From sequence record MT366760.1: a DNA stretch of 64,000 bases, one strand, 5' to 3'. Under the pieces are notes generated by a model. That model worked only from the letters and a program-made list of their open reading frames with translations. It searched no databases and was not told the DNA's origin. Shown here piece by piece: positions 20,572 to 29,924 of the stretch. Position 1 is the stretch's first letter. The number at the start of each line of letters is the position of its first letter. Position numbers and translations under genes: made by a program.

Positions 20572-20964
20572 ATGGGCACTTTTCTTGGAAAAGTAATACG
20601 AAAAGTTCTTTCGGCTTTCCCACAACCTGGGCGTAAGCTGACTGAACTTTCACCCTATAAATCATATCTCGTATTTAGCCCACCTAAATCTCTAAATGGT
20701 GTTTTACTCACGTTCATCTATGCCACACCTACTCAGGGTATTAAGATTTATCATCAAGACCACTTCTATTATTTCCGTAAGGGTACTTTCATAAAACTGC
20801 CAACACGGGATTCAATTGGTAAGTTTAAAAGGTCTTCATATACCTACAAGGAAGTAGAAGTCGATGAGACAGCACTAGAAAGGGAAGTAGGTTCAAAGTG
20901 GTCACTGCTCCATAATTGCTATTCTGTAGCAATGGCAGTATCCAAACCACTTGATAACAAATGA
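20572..20964 (+). CDS. Hypothetical protein
   Basis: 130-aa ORF in operon orientation. Confidence 0.45.
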   Translation: MGTFLGKVIRKVLSAFPQPGRKLTELSPYKSYLVFSPPKSLNGVLLTFIYATPTQGIKIYHQDHFYYFRKGTFIKLPTRDSIGKFKRSSYTYKEVEVDETALEREVGSKWSLLHNCYSVAMAVSKPLDNK

Positions 20965-21002
20965 TACTAGGGTAAAACATAACAACCAGTCGGAGACTCG
21001 TT

Positions 21003-21362
21003 ATGTTAGGACAAATTGAGGTTGCCTTAATAAAACCAGAGAGTTGGCGTGGAACTATGCACTACCAACTCCTACATGACTTAAACCATTGTGGTCACAC
21101 CATACCTAAGGGCTATGTAACTGATGGTGCAACTGTACCCAGACCACTTTGGAGTATTTTTCCACCAGTAGGTCTCTATTTTGAGGCGTCAACCCTACAC
21201 GATTGGCTTCTCGATAATGACTATGGTTGGTCATACGCAAACATGAAGTTCAAGGAATCCCTCGAACAATTAAACATTAAGCCATGGCGGATATTTCTGT
21301 TACATACTTCAGTATGCCTCTATGGTAAAATGAAAGTAGCTGTGTTCAAAGAAAAACCCTAA
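21003..21362 (+). CDS. DUF1353-family protein
   Basis: IPKGYVTDGATVPRPLWSIFPP-G-Y-EASTLHDWL signature. Confidence 0.85.
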   Translation: MLGQIEVALIKPESWRGTMHYQLLHDLNHCGHTIPKGYVTDGATVPRPLWSIFPPVGLYFEASTLHDWLLDNDYGWSYANMKFKESLEQLNIKPWRIFLLHTSVCLYGKMKVAVFKEKP

Positions 21363-21372
21363 TGGAGAACTT

Positions 21373-21837
21373 ATGGACTTATTAGTACAGCGAAAAGGTG
21401 AAACGGGTAACGCAACAATCGGTGACATCTTTGTGGATGGTCACTGGGAGGGTACTACTCTAGAAGACATTCACCGCGATGTTAAGATTAAACATCAAAC
21501 TCGTATACCCGCAGGACGATATCAAGTTAAACAACGTAAAGTCCTGAGTAACATGACACAGAAGTACCGTGCTAATTCAAAGCTTACTAACTTTGATTGG
21601 CATTTAGAACTTCAGAATGTCCCTGAATATACCAACGTTTACATTCACATTGGTAACACCGCTAAAGATACATCGGGTTGTATCCTAGTAGCAACATCGT
21701 CAGCACATAACCAACCCTCTATTGGTAATTCTACCCCGAGGTACAACGACCTTTATAACAAAGTTCGTAATGCCCTAAATAATGGCGAGGAAGTTTGGAT
21801 TGAGGTGCGCGATGAGTACTACAAACAACAGAACTGA
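21373..21837 (+). CDS. DUF5675-family protein, candidate endolysin (L,D-peptidase-like)
   Basis: TIGDIFVDG...TLED...TRIPAGRY...IHIGNTAKDTSGCILV; sits immediately before holin and spanins. Confidence 0.75.
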   Translation: MDLLVQRKGETGNATIGDIFVDGHWEGTTLEDIHRDVKIKHQTRIPAGRYQVKQRKVLSNMTQKYRANSKLTNFDWHLELQNVPEYTNVYIHIGNTAKDTSGCILVATSSAHNQPSIGNSTPRYNDLYNKVRNALNNGEEVWIEVRDEYYKQQN

Positions 21838-22126
21838 TTTAAATAAGAGCTTTAAATCTTTTGTAGACCATATAGCCTATTTCCAAGACGCAAACCGTAT
21901 CTTCCCTAAACTCATACTGCTGTTTTGGGGTTGGGTAGGGTACAGTTTGATTGATTGGGTCACAAACATAGATGATGTTTCACTTATTGGTGCAGGCATC
22001 GGCTCTCTTGTTACTGGTGTGTTCGCTTCAGGCGCAGCCTACGGCAAGTTCTATGTCGAGACAGGTCGTAATGGTAAATACTCGGACGGAAAAGGTGAAT
22101 CCCATGCTACGGGCGATAGTGGATAA
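21812..22126 (+). CDS. Putative holin (2 TM)
   Basis: Two hydrophobic helices (RIFPKLILLFWGWVGY; LIGAGIGSLVTGVFASGAAYG) and a charged C-terminus. Start moved to ATG 21812. Confidence 0.7.
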   Translation: MSTTNNRTDLNKSFKSFVDHIAYFQDANRIFPKLILLFWGWVGYSLIDWVTNIDDVSLIGAGIGSLVTGVFASGAAYGKFYVETGRNGKYSDGKGESHATGDSG

Positions 22127-22553
22127 ATACCTAACCCCCATTAAGATTGTTGGCTGTATACTTGTCGTAATTACAATCTTAGGCGGTGGTATCTATATCA
22201 AGATGCTACAAGCTGATAACAGAGCGTTAAGCAAAGACCTAACGCTAAAACAAATAGAAGTCGATGGTTTACAAGGTACGGTGGACTTGTTGAAGTTCCA
22301 AAGGGACAAAGACCAGAAAGCCTCCCTACTAATAGCACAGTCATATACTGACTTACGCACAGAAAACCAGAGGATAAGCGATGAACTTGCAACGTATAAA
22401 GGCAGGACTAGTACAGTTATTAAGAAGCCAACTCTTGTTGAGCGTCGTATTAACCGTGCTGTTGACAGGCTGTTCAAGTCCTTCAATTGTGACACAGGTG
22501 GAGAGTGCTCCACCGCAATTTCACCCGCCTCGACCAGACCCAGTGAACCTTAA
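22104..22553 (+). CDS. i-spanin (Rz-like)
   Basis: N-terminal TM helix IVGCILVVITILGGGIYI, long coiled coil, C-terminal Cys pair. Confidence 0.8.
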   Translation: MLRAIVDKYLTPIKIVGCILVVITILGGGIYIKMLQADNRALSKDLTLKQIEVDGLQGTVDLLKFQRDKDQKASLLIAQSYTDLRTENQRISDELATYKGRTSTVIKKPTLVERRINRAVDRLFKSFNCDTGGECSTAISPASTRPSEP

Positions 22554-22788
22554 AGATATACACTTCAAGGTTCTGACATATGACACTATTCAAAAGGTCA
22601 TAGAGAAAGAGGGCGTGGACACACTGTACATAGCCCTCACTTGGGAAGACTACTTAGCACTAGGCGACAACATGAACAGGTTGAGCGCTTATATTAAGGG
22701 AACTAATGCTTTATTGTGCTATTACCGTAAGGACGTTGATGAAGTAATGTGTAGCGGGGTAAAAACTGATGTCGAACAAGGCGATTGA
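22381..22788 (+). CDS. o-spanin (Rz1-like lipoprotein), overlapping the i-spanin
   Basis: Lipobox LLTG-C at Cys31, then Pro-rich PPQFHPPRPDP; overlaps the i-spanin in another frame. Confidence 0.85.
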   Translation: MNLQRIKAGLVQLLRSQLLLSVVLTVLLTGCSSPSIVTQVESAPPQFHPPRPDPVNLKDIHFKVLTYDTIQKVIEKEGVDTLYIALTWEDYLALGDNMNRLSAYIKGTNALLCYYRKDVDEVMCSGVKTDVEQGD

Positions 22789-23005
22789 ATCTAAAATCAA
22801 CATGGAAGAGGCGGTGCATAACCAAGACCGCAAATTTGGTGAGGCTCTTGAATATTACCCAGTAGTAATCGAGGTGGGTAACGGACTTAAAAAGAACGCG
22901 TTGTTCACTAAGTCTCAGTTAGAGCAAGCAATGTCGCGTGCTGATAACAATCCAGAGGACTGTCCTCCGGAAAAACAAAGTTGGTTAACTCGTCTATTCG
23001 GTTAA
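22769..23005 (+). CDS. Hypothetical protein
   Basis: 78-aa ORF ending before the terminator; C-terminal amphipathic WLTRLFG. Confidence 0.55.
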   Translation: MSNKAIESKINMEEAVHNQDRKFGEALEYYPVVIEVGNGLKKNALFTKSQLEQAMSRADNNPEDCPPEKQSWLTRLFG

Positions 23006-23015
23006 ACCCGAAAAC

Positions 23016-23043
23016 AAATGGGAGCTTAATTGCTCCCATTTTT
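23016..23043. terminator. Bidirectional rho-independent terminator
   Basis: AAATGGGAGC-TTAATT-GCTCCCATTT between convergent genes. Confidence 0.85.
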
Positions 23044-23052
23044 ATCTCTAAA

Positions 23053-24171
23053 TTACATATCGAACATACTATCTAGGTTAGTGATAACCCCTTCTAGTGC
23101 GGATACGTCTTGAATGTCTAGTAGTCTGTCACCTACTCTAAGTTCAAGACCAATACTTTTACCTAACACTACGTCCTTAAGGTTACCCATAACAGAATTA
23201 TATTCAACGGACATATTTCTAGTTACGACTTTAGCATCACACCTAGGAGAAACCCAACCAAGCGCAACACAATCCCTATACACTGATTCAGCAGCATCTT
23301 TAAGTATGGCTAACCCGTGATGGAAGTCGCGGTATTGTCTACCTTCGTTAACTTTGATACTCAACTTAACTACGTGACCAACCAACCTTAAGAACATTAA
23401 TTCGTCTAATGTCATTACATGTGGTGGTTTATTTTCTTCTAAGGTAACCGTAACCTTATTACCCCACAAGGCTAACGAGGGGTACGACTTGTCGGAAACA
23501 CGGGTATACATACCATATTGCTCCATACCTTTGAAGCAATTAATACCCGATTGATAGAATACATCCATTTCCCGCATAGTAAGACCGTTAGTCGCCTTAT
23601 AGCATTCATTCAATTTAATAATATCTTCAATAGGGATATCAGGGTGACAACCATTAACGGGATTCGGGTTAACTGAATGCGCTCCCACTACCAAACCTAC
23701 ACACCCGTTGTTCTCAAAACCATACGAAAATTTATCAGCTAGGTGTAAACTAATGCATCGTTTCCATACAGACTCTAATCCTTTATTTTCACCCATATAG
23801 ATATTGGGTAACCCAAAATGCATACCCTGAGTCTGAACATCGGGTGCATCATTACCCACACAATGAAGGTGTATACTATCAACTTTAAGTGGTTTACTTA
23901 AAACTGATTTGAGTTCAGACACCACATTAACTCTTGGTTCTAACTCTACACGGCTACCACTGATTCCCCCACCTATTACCTTCCATTGCATACCACCAGA
24001 ACAATACTCCCTAAAATGGTTATACAAATTTTGAACATGCTCATGTGATACTTCTACACAAATCTCAATAGGTACAACGTCTTCTTTTACTTTAACTGAA
24101 TACTCACTAATACCCAGACCCTTGATAGCAGAATGAACATCATTGATAGTTACTATTGGTTGCTTAAACAT
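23053..24171 (-). CDS. Hypothetical protein
   Basis: 372-aa ORF; no family recognised. Confidence 0.6.
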   Translation of the reverse strand: MFKQPIVTINDVHSAIKGLGISEYSVKVKEDVVPIEICVEVSHEHVQNLYNHFREYCSGGMQWKVIGGGISGSRVELEPRVNVVSELKSVLSKPLKVDSIHLHCVGNDAPDVQTQGMHFGLPNIYMGENKGLESVWKRCISLHLADKFSYGFENNGCVGLVVGAHSVNPNPVNGCHPDIPIEDIIKLNECYKATNGLTMREMDVFYQSGINCFKGMEQYGMYTRVSDKSYPSLALWGNKVTVTLEENKPPHVMTLDELMFLRLVGHVVKLSIKVNEGRQYRDFHHGLAILKDAAESVYRDCVALGWVSPRCDAKVVTRNMSVEYNSVMGNLKDVVLGKSIGLELRVGDRLLDIQDVSALEGVITNLDSMFDM

Positions 24172-24449
24172 TACCAGTTCTCCACAGTTGGTGTACCACG
24201 GCAGACTTGGTGGGGTCTACCCGTACGATTGTATAGGTCAGTTAAATCACGACCTTTAGAAATATGGAACCATTGTTCACTAGTTCCTGGGTTGTAATCG
24301 ACAAGCCACTTCTCCCATCGACCACCCTGACTTTTACGATACCATTGAAAGCGGTTAAATAAAGAATACATGATACTGCTAATCAATGTGTTAACCGCAA
24401 ACACAAACCTTATTGATTCTTCACTGGTTTGTACATTTTGTTTTTGCAT
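24171..24449 (-). CDS. Hypothetical protein
   Basis: 92-aa ORF whose stop codon overlaps the next start. Confidence 0.45.
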   Translation of the reverse strand: MQKQNVQTSEESIRFVFAVNTLISSIMYSLFNRFQWYRKSQGGRWEKWLVDYNPGTSEQWFHISKGRDLTDLYNRTGRPHQVCRGTPTVENW

Positions 24450-24667
24450 AACTTGTACCTTGTTAGATGCCGTGTATTAATCAAACAGAACTCACCGTTA
24501 GGGTGTACTAATAAATCCATCATACCCGCCAGAGAGCTTACTTTGGATTCACTGTCCTTCTTCGCTTGTTCAATCATTCCAATTATTATCTCTTCGAGAT
24601 CCTCCACGGGAAGCATCGAATTTTCCAGTTCTGGCATCAAGTGACTTAGATGTATTTTGTTTGCCAT
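24410..24667 (-). CDS. Hypothetical protein
   Basis: Likely start MANKIHL at 24667 with an AGGA RBS; overlaps the primase 3' end. Confidence 0.45.
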   Translation of the reverse strand: MANKIHLSHLMPELENSMLPVEDLEEIIIGMIEQAKKDSESKVSSLAGMMDLLVHPNGEFCLINTRHLTRYKLCKNKMYKPVKNQ

Positions 24668-25739
24668 TTTTATTTTTCCTATACTTAGGGGATTCCTTAC
24701 CAATATGCTTACTGCTAGTTTTATTAAGCTCCTGAAGCATTTTGATGAATTTTATTTTCATGTTTCCAGGGTCAACCTTTGCTGCTTTGACCGTAATACC
24801 TTTCTTATCAGCAATGCGTTTAGCTTCTTTATATAAGTTCATAACCATCACTTTACGTTCTGAACCCAAATCAGCTTTTAAATCACGTGTAGCACCGACG
24901 CCTGCAACGTCGCCGTCCATACATAAGACTATATCACAACCCAAGGACAGCAATAGTCGTTTCTTTTTCTCAGACCACGACTGTACACCCAACACGGCAA
25001 CGGCAGGTATGCCATACTGTATTAAGCGTAATGCATCCCGTTGACCCTCAACGACAACAACCCACTTATACTTCCCCTTCTTAAGCATGTTTCTAACTAA
25101 ATCAAAAGGGAATAGACCCTTGGTACGCAGCGGACTATCATCAGATATCACATAACTAGGTGAACCAGACTTCTTTTCAAATCGAGCTTTGATAGCCGCA
25201 ATAGTTTTACCCCTGACATCAACGGGCATTATAAGGAATGGACACTTCTCACGTCGGTCGATACCAACTTCACACTTGAGTTCCCTTATCAAGTCACCAC
25301 TAATACCCCGCCATTCCTCATTGATGAACGGTAACGCCATTGGCATCTGCCATGTGTCCATATAATCTTGTAGCGAAGTACCCGACGTCGATAACAAAGA
25401 CTTCTGGATTTTAGACATAGCATGTGATGAGAAACCTGCTGAATCACGCTTGTTCTCTTTTTGGTCAATCTTTTCTAAACCGTACTTTTCAGCGAGTACG
25501 TTCCATGGTGAGGAGTGACCACAACCTAAACAATAGACCCAACCAATAGGTGCCCTACCATCTGGAGCAACATATATACCACAAGATGGTGACGAATCAC
25601 CTGCGTGGAACGGGCATAATATCTCGATTGTCTTATACGTGTACTTTTTATACCCTGGAATCTTCTCTATTTCCTTGAGTATTTTTCGGTGTGCCTTACT
25701 GACACCTTCCGACACTTCATATACTTGTCGTGACATCAT
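24570..25739 (-). CDS. dnaG: DNA primase (CHC2-type Zn finger + TOPRIM)
   Basis: CPFHAGDSSPS...YCLGCG Zn finger; VVVVEGQRDAL and VLCMDGDVAG TOPRIM motifs. Start moved to MMSRQ. Confidence 0.88.
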   Translation of the reverse strand: MMSRQVYEVSEGVSKAHRKILKEIEKIPGYKKYTYKTIEILCPFHAGDSSPSCGIYVAPDGRAPIGWVYCLGCGHSSPWNVLAEKYGLEKIDQKENKRDSAGFSSHAMSKIQKSLLSTSGTSLQDYMDTWQMPMALPFINEEWRGISGDLIRELKCEVGIDRREKCPFLIMPVDVRGKTIAAIKARFEKKSGSPSYVISDDSPLRTKGLFPFDLVRNMLKKGKYKWVVVVEGQRDALRLIQYGIPAVAVLGVQSWSEKKKRLLLSLGCDIVLCMDGDVAGVGATRDLKADLGSERKVMVMNLYKEAKRIADKKGITVKAAKVDPGNMKIKFIKMLQELNKTSSKHIGKESPKYRKNKNGKQNTSKSLDARTGKFDASRGGSRRDNNWND

Positions 25740-25752
25740 TATACCTGCACAT

Positions 25753-25785
25753 TTATTGTAAATACATACGTATACTTTACAATAA
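25753..25785. promoter_or_regulatory. Inverted pair of TGTAAA promoter-like motifs between divergent primase and nuclease genes
   Basis: TTATTGTAAA (25753-62) and TTTACAATAA (25776-85) flank the palindrome ATACGTAT. Confidence 0.6.
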
Positions 25786-25801
25786 TAGCTGAGGTAAACC
25801 A

Positions 25802-26854
25802 ATGGCAGCCAAACGTGGCTTTGGTTCGTTGAAGGGTCAGCGCATTCCCACGGTGGAAGAGACATCGAAAGAAGTGCATGACGTCATTCAGGGATTCAAC
25901 CTACTCTTTGAAAATGCAAAGAAAACAACTGAAGTGCGTGTTATAGCAGAAACACGTGTAACTGAATTACACCCCTCGTCTTTCCCATTCTGTTCAACAT
26001 ACTACGCATTAGACTACCTGATGCACGGTGACGTATTCGAACGCGAACAGGAATGCTTGATGGGTAACTATTACACTGGCATAGGTACTGTCGTTCACGA
26101 AGTTATTCAGAACGCAATTGGTGAAGCACACATGCTTGACCCTAAGAAACCTCTAGACCATTACCTTATTGGTGATTACAAGTGTAACAAATGTGGTCAC
26201 GTCCACAAGTTCTCTTCGTACCCTAAGAAGTGTAAGAAGTGTAAGCAAAAGAAATGGCGGTTCTTCTATGATGAACTAGCTGTATGGTGGGGAAAGAAGA
26301 CAGTTGGTCACTCAGATGGTTTATACTACTTTGGTGGCAAATACTGGGTTATAGATTATAAAACCACATCGTCCTTTGCTGTGATGCAGCACACTAACTC
26401 TGGTGGTAAATACTTCCCATACGACCACAACGTTCGTCAGATAAAGTCATACTGTGCTATGCTTGAAGAGAACTACAACGTTAAAATAGGTGGATGGATT
26501 CTGGTTTACGTTCCACGCGACAACTATAATAGACCAGTCGCTGTAGGTGATGACATATCTAAGAAAGAGAAGTCGAGACTTAAAACAATGCTCGATGGTT
26601 ACGACCTAAACTTCCGTCGTGTACGTTCTTTCCCCGAACAAACTTCCAAAGCGGCTATAATGAAGCTTGCTAAGAAGATAATTAAAGACAAACCCTGTCA
26701 GTGTATGAAGACGTATGAGAAGAATATGAAAGACCCTTACTTCGATTGCCCATACGCTGAAAACGGAACGTGCTTCAACAAGCAGAAGCTACTTAAACAA
26801 TTCGAGAAGCATATCAAGAAAGGTGTTTTAATCGACGTTAAACAGCTTGATTAA
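25802..26854 (+). CDS. Cas4-like / PD-(D/E)xK exonuclease with a Zn ribbon
   Basis: HPSSFPFC, GTVVHE, GHSDG...VIDYKT, QIKSY motifs; CxxC pairs; C-terminal Cys cluster. Confidence 0.8.
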   Translation: MAAKRGFGSLKGQRIPTVEETSKEVHDVIQGFNLLFENAKKTTEVRVIAETRVTELHPSSFPFCSTYYALDYLMHGDVFEREQECLMGNYYTGIGTVVHEVIQNAIGEAHMLDPKKPLDHYLIGDYKCNKCGHVHKFSSYPKKCKKCKQKKWRFFYDELAVWWGKKTVGHSDGLYYFGGKYWVIDYKTTSSFAVMQHTNSGGKYFPYDHNVRQIKSYCAMLEENYNVKIGGWILVYVPRDNYNRPVAVGDDISKKEKSRLKTMLDGYDLNFRRVRSFPEQTSKAAIMKLAKKIIKDKPCQCMKTYEKNMKDPYFDCPYAENGTCFNKQKLLKQFEKHIKKGVLIDVKQLD

Positions 26855-26861
26855 GCAATCT

Positions 26862-26869
26862 TGTAAAGT
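26862..26869 (+). promoter_or_regulatory. TGTAAAGT promoter-like motif
   Basis: Intergenic variant of the TGTAAATA motif. Confidence 0.45.
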
Positions 26870-26907
26870 AATTTCGATTATTCACCACTTATGCAAAAGG
26901 TAACGAT

Positions 26908-27540
26908 ATGAATACTACCACTCAAGAAAATTCAAACGAGCGTAACGACCCGTTCAAAAATTGGGCTCCTGCGCAAGCAACACCAGAAGGCGAACGCCAA
27001 CTGACTTTCCGCGAAGCCATTTCACGTAATCAAGGTAAAGCGGGTACAACAGACGGTCACTACCGTCATAATATGTTTAACCGCACCGGTAAGATCTACC
27101 GTGCTACAAACTACCATTCTGCAATTGATGAGCACATGGAAGTTCAGACTTTCCTTAACTCAATTGCAAACCGTCGCTTTAATACCTACTTCCATATGTT
27201 GAAGGGTACCGCGTCGCGTGGTCTACTCGTTAAAGACTGCATCCGCCTAGAGGCTCACATTGCTGTACGTCACGATGAGAAGGGTCGAATCATTCCGCCT
27301 AGCTATCGCGTAGTAGACTCCCTTGAAGTACGACTAATAGACAACCGTATTGTCCCTGTTGACGCTCAGGGTAACGAACTAACTAACAATCAAATGTTAG
27401 ACCTATTCGTTACTAAATGCCGCAAGACTGATACACCAACTCAAGATGTAACTATTCATCTTATGGGTCGCTGTACTGGCGTTGGTACTAAACAGCTTAC
27501 ATCAGGTGAAGCAACTGTAGAGGTTCGTATCAATGAATAG
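26908..27540 (+). CDS. Hypothetical protein
   Basis: 210-aa ORF with RBS. Confidence 0.6.
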   Translation: MNTTTQENSNERNDPFKNWAPAQATPEGERQLTFREAISRNQGKAGTTDGHYRHNMFNRTGKIYRATNYHSAIDEHMEVQTFLNSIANRRFNTYFHMLKGTASRGLLVKDCIRLEAHIAVRHDEKGRIIPPSYRVVDSLEVRLIDNRIVPVDAQGNELTNNQMLDLFVTKCRKTDTPTQDVTIHLMGRCTGVGTKQLTSGEATVEVRINE

Positions 27541-28051
27541 TGATCTACTAATCGGTTGGAAAGAAAACGGTGAAGTAACCATCGGTCTATTAAACCCACA
27601 AGAAGACTTGCTTACTATAGATATCTATAATCCAAAGGGTAAGTCAGTAACTGAAGTAGCGCAGGTAATTACGGGTTGGCTACTAGAATCAACAGACTTA
27701 CTCAGCCACTACGGTCTAGACCAACACCTACAAGCATCCGTACCCAACACGGTGGAATACGACAAGTTAGTACCACCTACTGTTACAGGGTTCTATACTA
27801 ATTTACCCCAAGCCTCTCAGATTGCTCAATCTGAAGAAGAACTACAACGTATGGCTATCATTGTTATGCGTATGTTCTTTAAACGTTCCGAATTCGTGTG
27901 GGAAGGTCGCTGTACCAAATTCGCAGAAGCTGTATTCAACGCTGTATGCAGCGAAGTTAACTTTACCTATATCCCACGCGCTCTACAAATGATAGAGGGC
28001 ACTGATAATGGCGAAGACAAAGAACAAAAGCAAAGCGAAGACAAATCGTAA
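27533..28051 (+). CDS. Hypothetical protein
   Basis: 172-aa ORF coupled to its neighbours. Confidence 0.55.
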   Translation: MNSDLLIGWKENGEVTIGLLNPQEDLLTIDIYNPKGKSVTEVAQVITGWLLESTDLLSHYGLDQHLQASVPNTVEYDKLVPPTVTGFYTNLPQASQIAQSEEELQRMAIIVMRMFFKRSEFVWEGRCTKFAEAVFNAVCSEVNFTYIPRALQMIEGTDNGEDKEQKQSEDKS

Positions 28052-28565
28052 GGCTATTATAGTTGCCGGAGGTAGAAAGTTTGGCAACTATAAACTTGCT
28101 TGCAAAGAAATACGTAAGTTCGCTAAGAAACTAGGTGTACCCCTAGACAACCTAGAGATAGTTTGTGGTATGGCTCTCGGTGCTGACAACATGGGTAGAT
28201 GTTTCGCTATGGAGTTCTTAGATGGACGTGTAGTTGAAATGCCTGCTGATTGGAAGAATCTAGATGCTAAACCCTGTTTAATTAAATACAACAAATATGA
28301 AGAACCCTACAATGCTCTAGCGGGTACTAATCGAAACGAGGACATGGCTAATGTCCCCAACGTTGTCGGATGTTTATGCTTCTGGGATGGTAAATCCCCA
28401 GGTACACAAGACATGATGACACGTGCTGTTAAACGTCGTAGGACTATGCAGCTTAAAGTCGTCTACTACGATAAGAAATTTAAAAAGTGCAAACCACCTA
28501 AGTCTGGTAAACCAAAGAAATCCCTTTTTTCCAAATCGGGTCGCTCCCAAAAACACATAAGGTAA
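28008..28565 (+). CDS. SLOG-superfamily (DUF2493/YspA-like) nucleotide-binding protein
   Basis: IIVAGGRKF, VCGMALGAD, PADW, RNEDMA and FWDGKSPGT motifs. Confidence 0.85.
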   Translation: MAKTKNKSKAKTNRKAIIVAGGRKFGNYKLACKEIRKFAKKLGVPLDNLEIVCGMALGADNMGRCFAMEFLDGRVVEMPADWKNLDAKPCLIKYNKYEEPYNALAGTNRNEDMANVPNVVGCLCFWDGKSPGTQDMMTRAVKRRRTMQLKVVYYDKKFKKCKPPKSGKPKKSLFSKSGRSQKHIR

Positions 28566-28569
28566 CACC

Positions 28570-28905
28570 ATGGAACAACATCTAACTACACCGCAAGAAG
28601 TAACATGTCCTGAATTAGAAGGTCATCCACGTGCCTCTGAAATTAAACGTGCAGTATTTATTTCGGCAGCGGACATCACCAATACTCCAGAAGACGAATT
28701 AACTTTCGCTCACGAGACTCATAACTACACCAATGATAACCTAGACCTTAACTTCGACAGCCTTGATACTGTAGAATTCATTATGGCTCTAGAAGAAGAA
28801 TTAGATGTAGATATCGCGGATGCCGATGTAGATCGTATGCTGAACGAAGGTGGTTCGCTAACGCTTGCTAAATGGTGTTCTTACCTAACCACACTGCTCG
28901 ACTAA
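28570..28905 (+). CDS. acpP: Acyl carrier protein
   Basis: LDLNFDSLDTVEFIMALEEELDVDIAD contains the DSL phosphopantetheinylation motif and AcpP-like helix II; acidic. Confidence 0.85.
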   Translation: MEQHLTTPQEVTCPELEGHPRASEIKRAVFISAADITNTPEDELTFAHETHNYTNDNLDLNFDSLDTVEFIMALEEELDVDIADADVDRMLNEGGSLTLAKWCSYLTTLLD

Positions 28906-28908
28906 CAT

Positions 28909-29919
28909 ATGAAGTTTGAACGTCACGATTACCTGATTGTAAAAGATGAGAAAGACCGCAAGCATCTAATTCAAGTCACGGGTAATTCAAAAGCAGAAGT
29001 AACTGGCGCACTAGAAAAGTCGCGCCACATCGAAGGTAAAGAAACTGAGTACATGACAGTTGCCGTTGAAGACGTAATTATCAATCTGGGTAATAAACCC
29101 TATGTTGGTATGGTCTATGGTTGTCGGGTAAACCCGTTACAAAACCAACTATCCTGTAACTTAGGTGACATCTATATCTACCGTGATAACGTTAAGAAGA
29201 AAGAGAAAAAGGCACTAGTTAAAGCAATTAATAGCGCACAAGCCGTCTTGAAGAATCTAGGTCTACACCACTTTCAGGAAGAACTACGTTTTGAAGTTCA
29301 TCCCCAAAAAGGTAAATACGTTGGTTGGTATACGGTGTTCTCAGCTAAGTCTGAACGTTTTGATATGGTGACTCTTAAACCACACACCTTTGACCACCGT
29401 GAACTAATGAGTATACTCTATCATGAATTCGGTCATGGTCTAGAACATCACTTGTTCACCCCTGAGTTAACTGAAGCTTGGATTAAGCTTTACCATTCTT
29501 TCACTACGGTGACGATGGCTACTAAGAAACAAGTGGAAGAAGCCCGTAAAACAGTAATTGAACAGGGCTCACACGGATTGGCTCAACAAGTGATGGAAGA
29601 GTTTGAGTCATCACTAATTGATGTCTGTGTTGGTTACATTGCTGAGAACCATTACATTGACCCTAATCGTCTCGAAATATTAATTGAGCAGGGTCATGAC
29701 TTAGTTGGTTTATGGCCTGAAACACCAATGCCAGTTACTTCAATTCAGAGTCCTATCGGTGAATACTCGGAAACTAACCCGTCCGAGTTTTTCTGTGAAG
29801 CACTTCGTATCCATCTTGATGGTAGTGTTAAACTACCTAAGAAGATTAATAAACTCCTAACTAAAACACTTAATCAATTACGTGGTCGTAAACCACAAGT
29901 TGAAGAAGACGAGGAATAA
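28909..29919 (+). CDS. Zincin-type metallopeptidase domain protein
   Basis: LYHEFGHGLEH (HExxH) and EYSETNPSEFFCEAL. Confidence 0.65.
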   Translation: MKFERHDYLIVKDEKDRKHLIQVTGNSKAEVTGALEKSRHIEGKETEYMTVAVEDVIINLGNKPYVGMVYGCRVNPLQNQLSCNLGDIYIYRDNVKKKEKKALVKAINSAQAVLKNLGLHHFQEELRFEVHPQKGKYVGWYTVFSAKSERFDMVTLKPHTFDHRELMSILYHEFGHGLEHHLFTPELTEAWIKLYHSFTTVTMATKKQVEEARKTVIEQGSHGLAQQVMEEFESSLIDVCVGYIAENHYIDPNRLEILIEQGHDLVGLWPETPMPVTSIQSPIGEYSETNPSEFFCEALRIHLDGSVKLPKKINKLLTKTLNQLRGRKPQVEEDEE

Positions 29920-29924
29920 TCCTA

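Noticed and set aside
23114-23320. Plus-strand 68-aa ORF after the lysis terminator
   Set aside because: Antisense to a 372-aa gene, downstream of a strong terminator, no RBS.
25802-26854. Cas4-like gene as evidence of a CRISPR-Cas system
   Set aside because: No repeat-spacer array or other cas genes; solo Cas4-like nucleases are common in phage replication modules.
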